This document shows, in pieces, positions 1-13,497 of a DNA stretch of 32,000 nt (position 1 is the first letter of the stretch; each line of letters opens with the position of its first letter). Location of the stretch: the NCBI RefSeq assembly GCF_000284455.1, contig NC_017039.1:1-32000 (forward strand). The letters run 5' to 3'. This DNA comes from Synechocystis sp. PCC 6803 substr. PCC-P. GTDB lineage: Bacteria; Cyanobacteriota; Cyanobacteriia; Cyanobacteriales; Microcystaceae. The notes beneath the pieces were generated by a model that ran no database searches, had not been told where the DNA came from, and saw only the letters and a list, made by a program, of their open reading frames with translations. The position numbers and the translations under genes are program-made.

Positions 1-1
1 G

Positions 2-772
2 GCGCGCCATCGCCGGCTGGCGGAAATTACCGAAATGATCCACACCGCTAGTTTGGTCCACGATGACGTGGTGGATGAGGCGGATCTGCGGCGGAATGTG
101 CCCACGGTGAATAGTTTATTTGACAATCGGGTGGCAGTGTTAGCGGGGGATTTCCTCTTTGCCCAATCTTCTTGGTATTTGGCTAACTTAGATAATTTGG
201 AGGTGGTGAAATTATTATCGGAGGTAATTCGGGACTTTGCGGAGGGGGAAATTTTACAGAGCATCAATCGTTTTGACACCGACACAGATTTAGAAACCTA
301 TTTGGAAAAAAGCTATTTTAAAACCGCCTCTCTCATTGCCAACAGTGCCAAGGCAGCGGGGGTTTTGAGCGATGCGCCCCGGGATGTGTGTGATCATCTT
401 TACGAATATGGTAAACATTTGGGGTTAGCGTTCCAGATTGTGGACGATATTTTAGATTTCACTTCCCCCACGGAGGTTTTGGGGAAACCGGCCGGGTCAG
501 ATTTAATCAGCGGCAACATCACCGCCCCAGCCCTATTTGCCATGGAAAAATATCCCCTACTTGGTAAATTAATTGAACGGGAATTTGCCCAGGCGGGGGA
601 TTTGGAACAGGCCCTGGAATTGGTAGAACAGGGGGATGGTATCCGGCGATCAAGGGAATTGGCCGCGAACCAAGCGCAACTGGCCCGGCAACATCTGAGT
701 GTGCTGGAAATGTCCGCTCCGAGAGAATCTCTGTTGGAATTAGTTGATTATGTGCTTGGTCGTCTCCATTAG
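2..772 (+). CDS. sds: Long-chain all-trans polyprenyl (solanesyl-type) diphosphate synthase, 5'-truncated by window edge
   Basis: The frame of ORF 35..772 is open back to base 2 ([32 protein letters not shown]). Both aspartate-rich motifs are present (DDVVDEAD and DDILDF). Confidence 0.88.
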
Positions 773-801
773 GTTTTCCCGTAGATTTTTTCCCAGCGGG
801 C

Positions 802-1494
802 TTGATTGCGTTGAATAAAACTCCCCAAACCATTGTTTTTTACAAACCCTACGGAGTTCTGTGTCAATTTACCGATAATTCTGCCCATCCCCGGCCGACG
901 TTGAAGGATTATATTAATTTGCCAGATTTATATCCCGTGGGGCGTTTGGATCAAGATAGCGAAGGACTATTGCTGCTCACCAGCAACGGTAAACTTCAGC
1001 ATCGTTTGGCCCACCGGGAGTTTGCCCACCAACGTACTTATTTTGCCCAAGTAGAAGGCTCTCCAACGGACGAAGACCTAGAACCCCTGCGGCGGGGCAT
1101 AACTTTCGCGGATTACCCTACCAGACCGGCGATCGCCAAAATTATCACTGAACCAGATTTTCCCCCCAGAAATCCTCCCATTCGTTATCGAGCCTCCATT
1201 CCCACCAGTTGGTTAAGCATTACCCTAACGGAGGGGCGCAATCGTCAGGTACGTCGAATGACAGCGGCAGTGGGCTTCCCTACCCTACGATTGGTGCGGG
1301 TGCAAATACAGGTTACTGGTCGCTCTCCCCAACAGGGCAAAGGTAAGTCAGCAGCAACTTGGTGCTTAACCCTAGAAGGTTTGAGTCCGGGGCAATGGCG
1401 ACCCCTGACCCCTTGGGAAGAAAATTTTTGCCAGCAACTCTTAACGGGAAATCCCAATGGTCCCTGGCAGAAAAAATTTGGCGATCGCCGTTGA
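802..1494 (+). CDS. 23S rRNA/tRNA pseudouridine synthase, RsuA/RluE family
   Basis: Conserved [18 protein letters not shown] catalytic motif and C-terminal [25 protein letters not shown]. The listed start is an alternative (TTG) codon; an internal start near MLQ/NKTP is possible. Confidence 0.88.
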
Positions 1495-1576
1495 TCAAGG
1501 CTCCCTCCCCCCAGGGCATTAAAATAGGAACAGTTGCCGAACTCCCTATCAAGCCGAATCATTAATCATCCCGTTT

Positions 1577-2098
1577 ATGTCCTATCTAATCGCTGTGGTA
1601 GCCAACCGCATTGCCGCCGAAGAAGCTTATACAACCTTGGAACAGGCAGGATTTGCCCAAAAGAATTTGACTATCATTGGCACAGGTTATAAAACCGCTG
1701 ACGAATTTGGCTTGGTGGACCCGAAAAAACAAGCTATCAAAAGGGCAAAGCTCATGGCCATCTGGTTAGTACCCTTTGGTTTCGCTGCCGGTTATTGCTT
1801 TAACCTCATCACTGGCTTGAGCACCTTAGATTGGGCTGGAGACCCCGGTAACCACATTGTGGGCGGCCTCCTAGGGGCGATCGGTGGAACCATGGGGAGT
1901 TTCTTTGTCGGTGGGGGCGTGGGCTTAAGCTTTGGCAGTGGGGACAGTTTGCCCTATCGAAACCTTTTGCAAGCGGGGAAATATTTGGTAGTGGTGGCCG
2001 GTGGTGAACTGCAAAAACAACGGGCAACCAATTTACTCCGGCCCCTCAATCCTGAATATCTCCAGGGTTATACCGCCCCCGATGAAGCTTTTGTTTGA
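1577..2098 (+). CDS. Conserved small membrane protein of unknown function (glycine-rich transmembrane segments)
   Basis: 173-aa ORF. N-terminal region resembles a general-stress-like fold (VVANRIAAEEAYTTLEQAGFAQKNLTIIG), followed by two hydrophobic segments with GGLLGAIGGTMGSFFVGGGVG. Confidence 0.7.
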   Translation: MSYLIAVVANRIAAEEAYTTLEQAGFAQKNLTIIGTGYKTADEFGLVDPKKQAIKRAKLMAIWLVPFGFAAGYCFNLITGLSTLDWAGDPGNHIVGGLLGAIGGTMGSFFVGGGVGLSFGSGDSLPYRNLLQAGKYLVVVAGGELQKQRATNLLRPLNPEYLQGYTAPDEAFV

Positions 2099-2171
2099 AC
2101 TCCATCTTGAGCGGTAATGACTTCCCCGAAGAAGTTATAAACTTGTAGGCAATTCGGGCAGACCGAAGGGC

Positions 2172-2873
2172 TTACCAACCGTATTGGGACCAAACTGGGT
2201 GCCTGTAAAGGGATTCTGCTACCCTTACCCCCCGCAATTGGTTTAACAGGGGTAAATGACCCTGGGGTGCGGATAAATCCCAGGTAAAGCCCTTGGGCCA
2301 ACGGGTCCAAACATTGCCGCTTTTCCAGCCAATTTTCGGCCAAAGCTTGGTAAATTCTTTTCCGGACGCCAACCAGAGTCGTCGTTGCACCGAAAAACCA
2401 AAATTACCGTTGGAGTGGAGCCACCACAAAGCATTAATGGTGTGCAGGTCTAGGGCAGGAAATTTTTCTACTTCTGTGAAATAGAGCCATTGTCTTTGAC
2501 TGGCCCCAGGCCCCGCCAGTTCGCACAATTTATCCCGGGTTATTTCATCCGCTGTTTCAAAATCCTGGCTTCCTAGGGCTTCCTGGAGCGGCAGATAATC
2601 AATGCCCTGGGCCGATTGTAAGGGGAAAATGCCTGTGGGGTAATTCCGTTGGAGTTGCGTTGTGATGGTTTCCTGTTCTAGATTCCGGAGGGTTTGGTAG
2701 ACGTTACCCACCGCCAACACTGGCTTTTCTAGGGGGACATTTTTGGCCAAATAATCGAGTAATATTCCCTGGCCCCCTTCTCCCATTTCTGCCAAAGCGG
2801 CGATCGCCGTCAACTGTTTTTTTTCTGAAGCATCATGGAGTTGTTGGGAGAGTTCGGTCAAATTATCAGACAT
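2172..2873 (-). CDS. gun4: GUN4 tetrapyrrole-binding protein, Mg-chelatase activator (sll0558-like)
   Basis: 233-aa ORF with the diagnostic GUN4 core, e.g. [37 protein letters not shown]-type segment and [19 protein letters not shown]. Confidence 0.95.
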   Translation of the reverse strand: [233 protein letters not shown]

Positions 2874-3191
2874 AGAAACAGCGGGATTAATCAGCCTTCA
2901 AACCCTATTATCTGCCATGATTGCGGCGAACACACCGCCAAAAAATTTTCAGCCAGGAAAAATGCCCCAAAAATTTTACCTAAACTTGGCAAAATTCTCA
3001 GGGCGCTTTTACTTCATTCACTCACAAACCAGATTTATCCAACCCGAAGCAGCTTAAAGGCCTGTTTTAAAAGTCTCAAAACGACTATCAACAGTCCCCA
3101 CCTTTCCCGTTTAAGGGAGATTGGGAAGGATTATGTGCCGAAAGTTCAACTTCTCAAACAGGTTCTAAAGGTGATCCAGCGGAAGACAACC

Positions 3192-4268
3192 TTAGCGCAC
3201 AGCTCCAGCCAACTGATCCACTGCAATGGGCTTCATCAAATACAGTTTGATAAATTGCCAGCCGTTGGAAGCAAAAATGGGTAACTTACGCAGGGCTTTA
3301 ATTACCCCAGGGGCACCAGAAGCATCGATCGCCCGTAGTTGTTCGTTATTGCTAACACAGGTTTCTAGGCGGTTATAAAATTCAGGATTATTGACATCGA
3401 GAATAATGGGAAACACCCGGCCAGCGGTTTCGTTGGTTTTCTCAATGACTTCCTTGTCATAGCTCCGAGCCTCCAAACCTAAGCAGGCATAGAAGTCGGC
3501 CCGTTGGGTATCGTTGAGATACATGGTGGCAAAGACTGAGAGCAGGAAGAAACGACACCACAGCTTCGCTTTCCAATCGTTGAGGGTGTGGGGTTGGGCC
3601 CGCATAATCGCATCAAAGAAATCTCCGTGGCGATTTTCGTCTTGGCACCAGTTTTCAAAGAATTCAAAAATGGGATAAATGCAATCGTTGGGATTTTTCT
3701 CCAAATGGCGATAAATGGTGATGTAACGCCAGTAGCCAATTTTCTCGGAAAGGTAGGTGGCGTAGAAAATAAACTTGGGTTTAAAGAAGGTATATTTACG
3801 ACTCTTAGTCAAAAAGCCCAAATCCAAAGACAGGTTAAAGTCGGACATGGCTTTGTTGAGGAAACCAGCATGGCGGGCTTCATCCCGGGACATGAGGTTA
3901 AAGCATTCGGCCAACAAGGGGTTTTTATTTTTGAGGCGACGGCCCAACTCTTTATAAAGTAGGAAGCCGGAAAATTCAGCGGTGCAGGAACGCTCCAGAA
4001 ATTCCACGAACAATTGGCGTTTTTCCCCGTCAATGTGGTCCCAGGATTTGTTAAAGGACTCATTACGAACAAAGTGATGGCGATTGTAATCCACCCGAAA
4101 CTCTTCCAGGATGGCCCGCAACTCGTCTTCGTTGGGGGAAATGTCCATTTTGGCCATCTCATCGAAGTCGGTGGTGTAAAAACGGGGAGTGAGGATGGTT
4201 TCCTTGGCCGGAGTCTTGACACCGGGACGGATTTCATCAAATCCGGGCTTTTCGAGGGTATTAACCAT
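3192..4268 (-). CDS. acsF: Mg-protoporphyrin IX monomethyl ester (oxidative) cyclase, aerobic AcsF/CycI (sll1214-like)
   Basis: 358-aa di-iron protein with EARHAGFLN and [11 protein letters not shown]-type diiron carboxylate/histidine motifs ([28 protein letters not shown]). Confidence 0.95.
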   Translation of the reverse strand: MVNTLEKPGFDEIRPGVKTPAKETILTPRFYTTDFDEMAKMDISPNEDELRAILEEFRVDYNRHHFVRNESFNKSWDHIDGEKRQLFVEFLERSCTAEFSGFLLYKELGRRLKNKNPLLAECFNLMSRDEARHAGFLNKAMSDFNLSLDLGFLTKSRKYTFFKPKFIFYATYLSEKIGYWRYITIYRHLEKNPNDCIYPIFEFFENWCQDENRHGDFFDAIMRAQPHTLNDWKAKLWCRFFLLSVFATMYLNDTQRADFYACLGLEARSYDKEVIEKTNETAGRVFPIILDVNNPEFYNRLETCVSNNEQLRAIDASGAPGVIKALRKLPIFASNGWQFIKLYLMKPIAVDQLAGAVR

Positions 4269-4450
4269 AGAGTTGTTTAAAATAGTTTCCTTAACAAGTT
4301 TCCAATCAATAACAAGGTCTGCTCGCCATCAAAGCAACGGGCAAAAGGTATTGCCTAGTGTAACAAGGGTTGAAACGGGGTTTCTAGTCAGGGGGGGCAA
4401 CTGTTACAAACTGTTACGTGTTTTGTTGCAAACGGAACTTTTTGCAGTAG

Positions 4451-5389
4451 TTAGCTCCGTTGTTGCCGATACCAGTCAATGGTATTTTTCAATCCTTCCC
4501 GCAAGCTCACCTGGGCTTCAAACCCAAATTCTGCTTTAGCTTTGGTGGTGTCTAAACAGCGACGGGGCTGGCCGTTGGGTTGATCGGTTTCCCAAATAAT
4601 GTCCCCCTCAAACTCCATCAGTTCACAGATTAATTCCGTTAAGTCTTTGATGGAAATTTCAAAATTGGTGCCTAGGTTAACCGGATCGGCTTTGTCGTAG
4701 GCTTGGGTTCCCATCACAATGCCCCGGGCCGCATCAGTGGAGTAAAGAAATTCCCTGGTGGGACTGCCGTCGCCCCAAACGGGTAATTGTTTTTGTCCAG
4801 CTTTTTGCGCTTCGTAAACCTTATGGATCAAGGCAGGAATCACGTGGGAACTGCGGGGATCGAAGTTATCTTCTGGGCCGTAAAGATTTACTGGCAAGAG
4901 GTAAATGCCATTAAAGCCATACTGCAAGCGGTAGGATTCCAGTTGCACCAACAATGCTTTCTTGGCCACGCCGTAGGGAGCGTTGGTTTCTTCAGGATAA
5001 CCGTTCCATAAGTCTTCTTCCTTAAAGGGTACAGGGGTAAATTTGGGATAGGCGCAGATGGTGCCCACACAAACAAATTTTTTCACCCCCGCTTGGTGGG
5101 CCGCATGGATTAACTGCACCCCCATCATTAAGTTGTCGTAGAACAATTCAGCGGGCTTTTCCCGGTTCAGACCAATACCCCCCACATGGGCCGCTAGGTG
5201 AATGACAATGTCTTGATTTTCCACTGCCCGTTCGCAGGCTGACGCTTGCCGTAAATCACAGTCTTTGGAGCGGGGAATGGTAATTTTTGGGCGATCGCCA
5301 CCGGCTGCAATTAATTGGGCAACAACTTGTTTACCGAGGAAACCGGCCCCGCCAGTGACCAAAATACGTTGATTTTCTAGGGAAAGCAT
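4451..5389 (-). CDS. fcl: GDP-L-fucose synthase (GDP-4-keto-6-deoxy-mannose epimerase/reductase)
   Basis: Rossmann [11 protein letters not shown], YxxxK motif ([11 protein letters not shown]) and [21 protein letters not shown] typical of WcaG/Fcl. Adjacent to gmd. Confidence 0.93.
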   Translation of the reverse strand: MLSLENQRILVTGGAGFLGKQVVAQLIAAGGDRPKITIPRSKDCDLRQASACERAVENQDIVIHLAAHVGGIGLNREKPAELFYDNLMMGVQLIHAAHQAGVKKFVCVGTICAYPKFTPVPFKEEDLWNGYPEETNAPYGVAKKALLVQLESYRLQYGFNGIYLLPVNLYGPEDNFDPRSSHVIPALIHKVYEAQKAGQKQLPVWGDGSPTREFLYSTDAARGIVMGTQAYDKADPVNLGTNFEISIKDLTELICELMEFEGDIIWETDQPNGQPRRCLDTTKAKAEFGFEAQVSLREGLKNTIDWYRQQRS

Positions 5390-5533
5390 GGTTGGTTAAG
5401 AAAATATTGAGTTAAGGGAGGGATTTGCCTAGGTTTACTGTGCCCATAAAATTCTCCACCATTTGAAGGCCAGGGAAAATTGCTAGTTGTTAAACACTTT
5501 GATCGAGGCAACAGTTAAGACGCTCAACCAAGC

Positions 5534-6622
5534 TTAATCGACGGCATGGCCATTTTGGCTCCGAATGAAGGCCATATCCTGGGCCATGAGCTCCTTGATT
5601 CGTCCACTCTGGTTGGGAGAAGTTAAACCAAGGACTGCTAAGTCTGCCTCCACCATTAAATGAACTAATTCCGTAAAGGTAACCGAGGGTTCCCAGCCCA
5701 ATTGGGCTTTGGTTTTCGCCGGATCGCCGATTAATAAATCTACTTCAGCGGGGCGTAAATAGCGCTCATCAAAGGCCACATAGTTCTGCCAGTTGAGGTT
5801 GACGTAACCAAAGGCAATTTCTAAAAATTCCTTCACTTCGTGGGTTTCCCCCGTGGCCACCACATAGTCATCGGGCTGTTCCTGTTGCAACATGGCCCAC
5901 ATGGCCCGTACATAGTCCTTGGCATAGCCCCAATCCCGCTTGGAATCGATATTGCCTAAATACAATTTCTTTTGGGTGCCGGCCACAATTCTGGCGATCG
6001 CCCTAGTAATTTTCCTGGTTACAAAGGTTTCTCCCCGGCGGGGGGATTCGTGGTTGAACAAAATGCCGTTACAGGCGAATAAGTCATAGGATTCCCGATA
6101 GTTCACCGTTTGCCAATGGCCATAAACCTTGGCACAGGCGTAGGGACTGCGGGGATAAAAGGGGGTGGTTTCCTTTTGGGGAATCTCCTGCACTTTGCCG
6201 AACATTTCCGAAGAACCGGCTTGATAGAACCTTACTTGGATGCCGGTGCGATGTTGATAATCCCGAATCGCTTCCAATAGTCGTAGCGTCCCCATGGCCA
6301 CTGAATCTACAGTGTATTCCGGAGAATCAAAGCTCACCCGCACGTGGGATTGGGCCCCCAGATTGTAAATCTCCGTCGGTTTGACATCTTCTAAAATGCG
6401 GCGCAGGGTGGTGCCGTCGGTCAGATCACCATAATGAAGTCGGAGTTTCGCCTCAAGATCATGGGGATCAACATAAAGATGATCAATGCGGTCAGTGTTA
6501 AAGGTAGAAGTTCGGCGAATGATGCCATGGACTTGGTAGCCCTTTTCCAACAACAATTCACTCAGATAGGAGCCATCTTGCCCCGTGATGCCTGTCAGCA
6601 AAACAACTTTAGACTTTGACAT
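5534..6622 (-). CDS. gmd: GDP-mannose 4,6-dehydratase
   Basis: [41 protein letters not shown]-terminus and [15 protein letters not shown] are characteristic. Confidence 0.96.
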   Translation of the reverse strand: MSKSKVVLLTGITGQDGSYLSELLLEKGYQVHGIIRRTSTFNTDRIDHLYVDPHDLEAKLRLHYGDLTDGTTLRRILEDVKPTEIYNLGAQSHVRVSFDSPEYTVDSVAMGTLRLLEAIRDYQHRTGIQVRFYQAGSSEMFGKVQEIPQKETTPFYPRSPYACAKVYGHWQTVNYRESYDLFACNGILFNHESPRRGETFVTRKITRAIARIVAGTQKKLYLGNIDSKRDWGYAKDYVRAMWAMLQQEQPDDYVVATGETHEVKEFLEIAFGYVNLNWQNYVAFDERYLRPAEVDLLIGDPAKTKAQLGWEPSVTFTELVHLMVEADLAVLGLTSPNQSGRIKELMAQDMAFIRSQNGHAVD

Positions 6623-7143
6623 TAGTTAATTTTTCCCCATTGCCCCAAAATACATCCCCCTAAAAATATCAGAATCCTTGCCCAGATGCAGGCCTTCTGG
6701 CGATCGCCATGGTGAGCAACGATTGCGGCTTTAGCGTTCCAGTGGATATTTGCTGGGGGTTAATGAAACATTGTGGCGGAACCCAGGGACAATGTGACCA
6801 AAAAATTCAGGGATATCAATAAGTATTAGGTATATGGATCATAATTGTATGCCCGACTATTGCTTAAACTGACTGACCACTGACCTTAAGAGTAATGGCG
6901 TGCAAGGCCCAGTGATCAATTTCATTATTTTTCATTATTTCATCTCCATTGTCCCTGAAAATCAGTTGTGTCGCCCCTCTACACAGCCCAGAACTATGGT
7001 AAAGGCGCACGAAAAACCGCCAGGTAAACTCTTCTCAACCCCCAAAACGCCCTCTGTTTACCCATGGAAAAAACGACAATTACAAGAAAGTAAAACTTAT
7101 GTCATCTATAAGCTTCGTGTATATTAACTTCCTGTTACAAAGC

Positions 7144-7180
7144 TTTACAAAACTCTCATTAATCCTTTAGACTAAGTTTA
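7144..7180 (+). promoter_or_regulatory. psbA2 core promoter: -35 TTTACA (7144-7149), 18-bp spacer, -10 TAGACT (7168-7173), predicted TSS near 7180
   Basis: Sigma70-like boxes seen in sequence. The position agrees with the recalled published psbA2 TSS about 49 nt upstream of the ATG. Confidence 0.8.
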
Positions 7181-7210
7181 GTCAGTTCCAATCTGAACAT
7201 CGACAAATAC

Positions 7211-7228
7211 ATAAGGAATTATAACCAA
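7211..7228 (+). promoter_or_regulatory. psbA2 5'-UTR AU-rich box and Shine-Dalgarno (ATAAGGAATTATAACCAA)
   Basis: AAGGAA lies about 10 nt before ATG 7229, embedded in AU-rich sequence. This AU box is described in the literature as an RNase E target covered by a cis-antisense RNA. Confidence 0.7.
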
Positions 7229-8311
7229 ATGACAACGACTCTCCAACAGCGCGAAAGCGCTTCCTTGTGGGAACAGTTTTGTCAGTGGGTGACCTCTACC
7301 AACAACCGGATTTATGTCGGTTGGTTCGGTACCTTGATGATCCCCACCCTCTTAACTGCCACCACTTGCTTCATCATTGCCTTCATCGCCGCTCCCCCCG
7401 TTGACATCGACGGTATCCGTGAGCCCGTTGCTGGTTCTTTGCTTTACGGTAACAACATCATCTCTGGTGCTGTTGTACCTTCTTCCAACGCTATCGGTTT
7501 GCACTTCTACCCCATCTGGGAAGCCGCTTCCTTAGATGAGTGGTTGTACAACGGTGGTCCTTACCAGTTGGTAGTATTCCACTTCCTCATCGGCATTTTC
7601 TGCTACATGGGTCGTCAGTGGGAACTTTCCTACCGCTTAGGTATGCGTCCTTGGATTTGTGTGGCTTACTCTGCCCCCGTATCCGCTGCCACCGCCGTAT
7701 TCTTGATCTACCCCATTGGTCAAGGCTCCTTCTCTGATGGTATGCCCTTGGGTATTTCTGGTACCTTCAACTTCATGATCGTGTTCCAAGCTGAGCACAA
7801 CATCCTGATGCACCCCTTCCACATGTTAGGTGTGGCTGGTGTATTCGGTGGTAGCTTGTTCTCCGCCATGCACGGTTCCTTGGTAACCTCCTCCTTGGTG
7901 CGTGAAACCACCGAAGTTGAATCCCAGAACTACGGTTACAAATTCGGTCAAGAAGAAGAAACCTACAACATCGTTGCCGCCCACGGCTACTTTGGTCGGT
8001 TGATCTTCCAATATGCTTCTTTCAACAACAGCCGTTCCTTGCACTTCTTCTTGGGTGCTTGGCCTGTAATCGGCATCTGGTTCACTGCTATGGGTGTAAG
8101 CACCATGGCGTTCAACCTGAACGGTTTCAACTTCAACCAGTCCATCTTGGATAGCCAAGGCCGGGTAATCGGCACCTGGGCTGATGTATTGAACCGAGCC
8201 AACATCGGTTTTGAAGTAATGCACGAACGCAATGCCCACAACTTCCCCCTCGACTTAGCGTCTGGGGAGCAAGCTCCTGTGGCTTTGACCGCTCCTGCTG
8301 TCAACGGTTAA
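7229..8311 (+). CDS. psbA2: Photosystem II D1 protein (slr1311-like, psbA2)
   Basis: 360-aa protein starting [42 protein letters not shown] and ending ...[24 protein letters not shown]. Gene context next to arginine decarboxylase supports psbA2 rather than psbA3. Confidence 0.97.
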   Translation: MTTTLQQRESASLWEQFCQWVTSTNNRIYVGWFGTLMIPTLLTATTCFIIAFIAAPPVDIDGIREPVAGSLLYGNNIISGAVVPSSNAIGLHFYPIWEAASLDEWLYNGGPYQLVVFHFLIGIFCYMGRQWELSYRLGMRPWICVAYSAPVSAATAVFLIYPIGQGSFSDGMPLGISGTFNFMIVFQAEHNILMHPFHMLGVAGVFGGSLFSAMHGSLVTSSLVRETTEVESQNYGYKFGQEEETYNIVAAHGYFGRLIFQYASFNNSRSLHFFLGAWPVIGIWFTAMGVSTMAFNLNGFNFNQSILDSQGRVIGTWADVLNRANIGFEVMHERNAHNFPLDLASGEQAPVALTAPAVNG

Positions 8312-8348
8312 TTCCTTGGTGTAATGCCAACTGAATAATCTGCAAATT

Positions 8349-8378
8349 GCACTCTCCTTCAATGGGGGGTGCTTTTTG
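8349..8378 (+). terminator. Rho-independent-type terminator of psbA2
   Basis: GCACTCTCC-TTCAAT-GGGGGGTGC stem-loop followed by TTTTT, starting 37 bp after the stop codon. Confidence 0.8.
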
Positions 8379-8491
8379 CTTGACTGAGTAATCTTCTGAT
8401 TGCTGATCTTGATTGCCATCGATCGCCGGGGAGTCCGGGGCAGTTACCATTAGAGAGTCTAGAGAATTAATCCATCTTCGATAGAGGAATT

Positions 8492-10471
8492 ATGGGGGAA
8501 GAACCTGTGCCGGCGGATAAAGCATTAGGCAAGAAATTCAAGAAAAAAAATGCCTCCTGGAGCATTGAAGAAAGCGAAGCTCTGTACCGGGTTGAGGCCT
8601 GGGGGGCACCTTATTTTGCCATTAATGCCGCTGGTAACATAACCGTCTCTCCCAACGGCGATCGGGGCGGTTCGTTAGATTTGTTGGAACTGGTGGAAGC
8701 CCTGCGGCAAAGAAAGCTCGGCTTACCCCTATTAATTCGTTTTTCCGATATTTTGGCCGATCGCCTAGAGCGATTGAATAGTTGTTTTGCCAAGGCGATC
8801 GCCCGTTACAATTACCCCAACACCTATCAGGCGGTTTATCCGGTCAAATGTAACCAGCAACGACATCTGGTGGAAGCCCTGGTTCGCTTTGGGCAAACTT
8901 CCCAGTGTGGATTGGAGGCAGGTTCCAAACCGGAATTGATGATTGCCCTCGCAACTCTACCACCTCCCTTAGACCGTCAGGACAAGCATACCAAGCCCCT
9001 AATCATTTGTAATGGCTACAAAGACCAGGATTATCTAGAAACAGCTCTGTTAGCCAAACGCTTAGGCCATCGTCCCATCATCATCATTGAACAACTACGG
9101 GAACTGGAATGGGTACTACACATCTCTCAGCAGTTAAACATTAAACCCATGTTGGGGGTACGGGCCCGGTTAAGTTGTCAGTCGCTCAAATCCTCGGAAA
9201 TTTCCTCTGGCAACGGCGATCGGGCTAAGCTTGGTCTGACCATGCCGGACATTGTGACCGTAATTCATCGTCTAGAGGAAAATAATTGTCTCGATTGCCT
9301 GAAAATGCTTCATTTTCATCTGGGAACGCAAGTTTCGGACATTGCTCTGATTAAAGAAGCTATGCGGGAAGCCAGCCAACTCTATGTGGAATTGGTCAAG
9401 CTGGGGGCAAAAATGCGCTACCTCAATGTGGGGGGCGGTTTGGCGGTGGATTATGACGGTTCCAAGACCAACTATCCCGCCTCGAAAAATTACAACATGC
9501 AAAACTACGCCAACGACATTGTGGCGGCCATTCAAGATGCCTGTGAGCTTGGGCAGGTTTCCCCTCCCATTCTTGTGAGCGAAAGTGGGCGGGCAATTAT
9601 GGCCCATCAGTCGGTGCTAGTTTTTGATGTGCTAGGCAGCAACCAAACAGGCTTCAGTGAACCCCATCCCCCCGATGAAAATGCCCATCCCCTGCTAAAA
9701 AATCTCTGGGAATGTTACGAAACAATTACAGCGGAACAATACCAGGAGCAATACCATGATGCTCTGCAATTAAAGACGGAGGCTAGTAGTCTTTTTAACT
9801 TCGGCTATTTAAGTCTGACGGAACGGGGACAAGCAGAGCAAATTCACTGGGCTTGTTGTCGTAAAATTTTTGAAATCACCAGACAACTAGAGTATATTCC
9901 CGAAGATTTTCAAGCGCTGGATAAAATAATGACCGATATTTATTACGTTAACTTATCGGTTTTCCAGTCAGCACCGGAATCCTGGTCTTTAGATCAACTT
10001 TTTCCCATTTTGCCCATTCACCATCTCAATGAGAAACCTAGTCAAAGGGTGATTTTAGCCGATTTAACCTGTGACAGTGATGGTAAAATTGACCGTTTTA
10101 TTGACCTGTGGGATGTCAAGTCATACCTAGAAGTTCACCCCCTAGAAAATGACGGCAATCCTTACTATTTAGGTATGTTTTTAGTCGGTGCTTACCAAGA
10201 AATTATGGGCAATTTACATAATTTATTTGGTGACATTAATGTAGTTCACATTGCCACTACTCCCCAAGGTTATCAGATTGAATCGGTGGTGCGGGGAGAT
10301 ACCATGACGGAGGTTTTGGGTTATGTTCAGTACGATTCTGATGATTTACTCGAAGGCCTGCGGCGTCATACGGAGTTAGCCTTGAGCAATGGACAAATTA
10401 CCCTGGAGGAATCTCGGCGCTTATTGGAAGATTATGAGCAAAGTTTACGGCGCTACACCTATCTAAGTTGA
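8492..10471 (+). CDS. speA: Biosynthetic arginine decarboxylase (PLP-dependent, SpeA family; slr1312-like)
   Basis: 659 aa; YPVKCNQQRHLVEALVRFG PLP-lysine motif and WSIEESEALYRVEAWGAPYF. SD GAGGAA upstream of ATG 8492. Confidence 0.95.
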   Translation: MGEEPVPADKALGKKFKKKNASWSIEESEALYRVEAWGAPYFAINAAGNITVSPNGDRGGSLDLLELVEALRQRKLGLPLLIRFSDILADRLERLNSCFAKAIARYNYPNTYQAVYPVKCNQQRHLVEALVRFGQTSQCGLEAGSKPELMIALATLPPPLDRQDKHTKPLIICNGYKDQDYLETALLAKRLGHRPIIIIEQLRELEWVLHISQQLNIKPMLGVRARLSCQSLKSSEISSGNGDRAKLGLTMPDIVTVIHRLEENNCLDCLKMLHFHLGTQVSDIALIKEAMREASQLYVELVKLGAKMRYLNVGGGLAVDYDGSKTNYPASKNYNMQNYANDIVAAIQDACELGQVSPPILVSESGRAIMAHQSVLVFDVLGSNQTGFSEPHPPDENAHPLLKNLWECYETITAEQYQEQYHDALQLKTEASSLFNFGYLSLTERGQAEQIHWACCRKIFEITRQLEYIPEDFQALDKIMTDIYYVNLSVFQSAPESWSLDQLFPILPIHHLNEKPSQRVILADLTCDSDGKIDRFIDLWDVKSYLEVHPLENDGNPYYLGMFLVGAYQEIMGNLHNLFGDINVVHIATTPQGYQIESVVRGDTMTEVLGYVQYDSDDLLEGLRRHTELALSNGQITLEESRRLLEDYEQSLRRYTYLS

Positions 10472-10621
10472 TCTGGTAGAAAAAAACAATGGTTGGATTC
10501 TAAGCTCTGGAGTGGACTGGGATAGCGCTGAAATTGGATTAATTTTGCTTACTATCCCATCGCAATTTTGCTTAAACTCGACTATTTTTATTTGTTTTGA
10601 TTGCAGAATCAATTTGGTTTC

Positions 10622-12661
<2,040 letters not shown>

Positions 12662-12781
12662 TTACCCTGACAGTCCCCTTAGAAGAGTTCAGGGGATATA
12701 TTTTGGCGATCGCCTTTCACTCCAAGGGCGATTAACATAGGGAATGTAGCATTTGTGCAACCCAAGCAGAGGGCTGTCCCC

Positions 12782-13363
12782 ATGAGCGTCGCCACTTCTC
12801 CGTTAACTCTCAGTGAAAGTCAAAATTTTATCCTCCCCGGTCGTCATAGTTGGGAAGATTTTAAGACGATTCAGGCGGCGATGGAACAACGGTCAGGGCT
12901 ACGTATCACCTATTTTGACGGAGTAATTGAGTTCATGACCCTGGGAGAGTACCACGAATCCATCAAAACCATAATCGGATTTTTGATTGAATATTATTTA
13001 TTCTCTCAGGGTATTGAATTTTTTCCAGTTGGTAGTGCAACCCGTGAATCGAGGGAGAAATCGGTATCGTTTGAGCCGGATGAATCCTACTACCTTGGTG
13101 AAAAAAAGGAGCATCCTGATTTGGCAATTGAGGTCAATGTCACCAGTGGCAGTCCAAGCAAACTAGCAAAGTATCAACGGCTGGGCATTCAAGAGGTTTG
13201 GCTGTGGCAGGACGGAAAATTTTCTATTTACTCCCTAGAAGGCGAGCATTACCAAGAAACTTCAACCAGCAAATTACTTCCAGGTTTAAATTTTGCGCTG
13301 CTAGAGGAATGCGTATTGATGCCCTCTCGACTAGAAGCAATCCAAAAGTTTACAGCTCGATAA
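12782..13363 (+). CDS. Uma2-family (DUF820) PD-(D/E)XK endonuclease-like protein
   Basis: Typical order ITYFDGVIEFMT...E.H...PDLAIEVNVTSGSPSKLAKYQRLGIQEVWLWQDG. The ORF track starts at GTG 12755, but ATG 12782 (MSVATSPLTLSES) is the likelier start. Confidence 0.88.
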   Translation: MSVATSPLTLSESQNFILPGRHSWEDFKTIQAAMEQRSGLRITYFDGVIEFMTLGEYHESIKTIIGFLIEYYLFSQGIEFFPVGSATRESREKSVSFEPDESYYLGEKKEHPDLAIEVNVTSGSPSKLAKYQRLGIQEVWLWQDGKFSIYSLEGEHYQETSTSKLLPGLNFALLEECVLMPSRLEAIQKFTAR

Positions 13364-13497
13364 AAATAAACAGCGATCGCCATGGACAAGGCAGGGAACT
13401 ATTCCGGTTGCCCCCTTTTATTGATAATCTTTCCTAGTAACTTCACTAAAGTAAAGAACGGAGTCGGGCAATTAGGTTAATCCCTACCTAAAGATCC

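Noticed and set aside
2835-3284. 149-aa + strand ORF in the gun4/acsF gap
   Set aside because: Overlaps the 5' end of gun4 and the 3' end of acsF, lacks a convincing RBS or domain, and composition is low-complexity basic. A small RNA or short gene here cannot be excluded.
6900-7127. 75-aa + ORF upstream of psbA2
   Set aside because: No recognisable motif, no clear SD, and ends just before the psbA2 promoter. Likely chance.
7540-8304. Several long ORFs antisense or out of frame inside psbA2 (e.g. 7826..8239 -, 7987..8304 -, 7540..7737 +)
   Set aside because: They overlap the highly constrained psbA2 gene and arise from its codon bias; the proteins have no recognisable family features.
13451-13467. 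AAAGAACGGAGTCGGG upstream of the fecC-type permease as a third copy of the CGGAC motif
   Set aside because: Only the CGGA core matches, there is no second repeat at 20-21 bp, and the A/T flanks differ.
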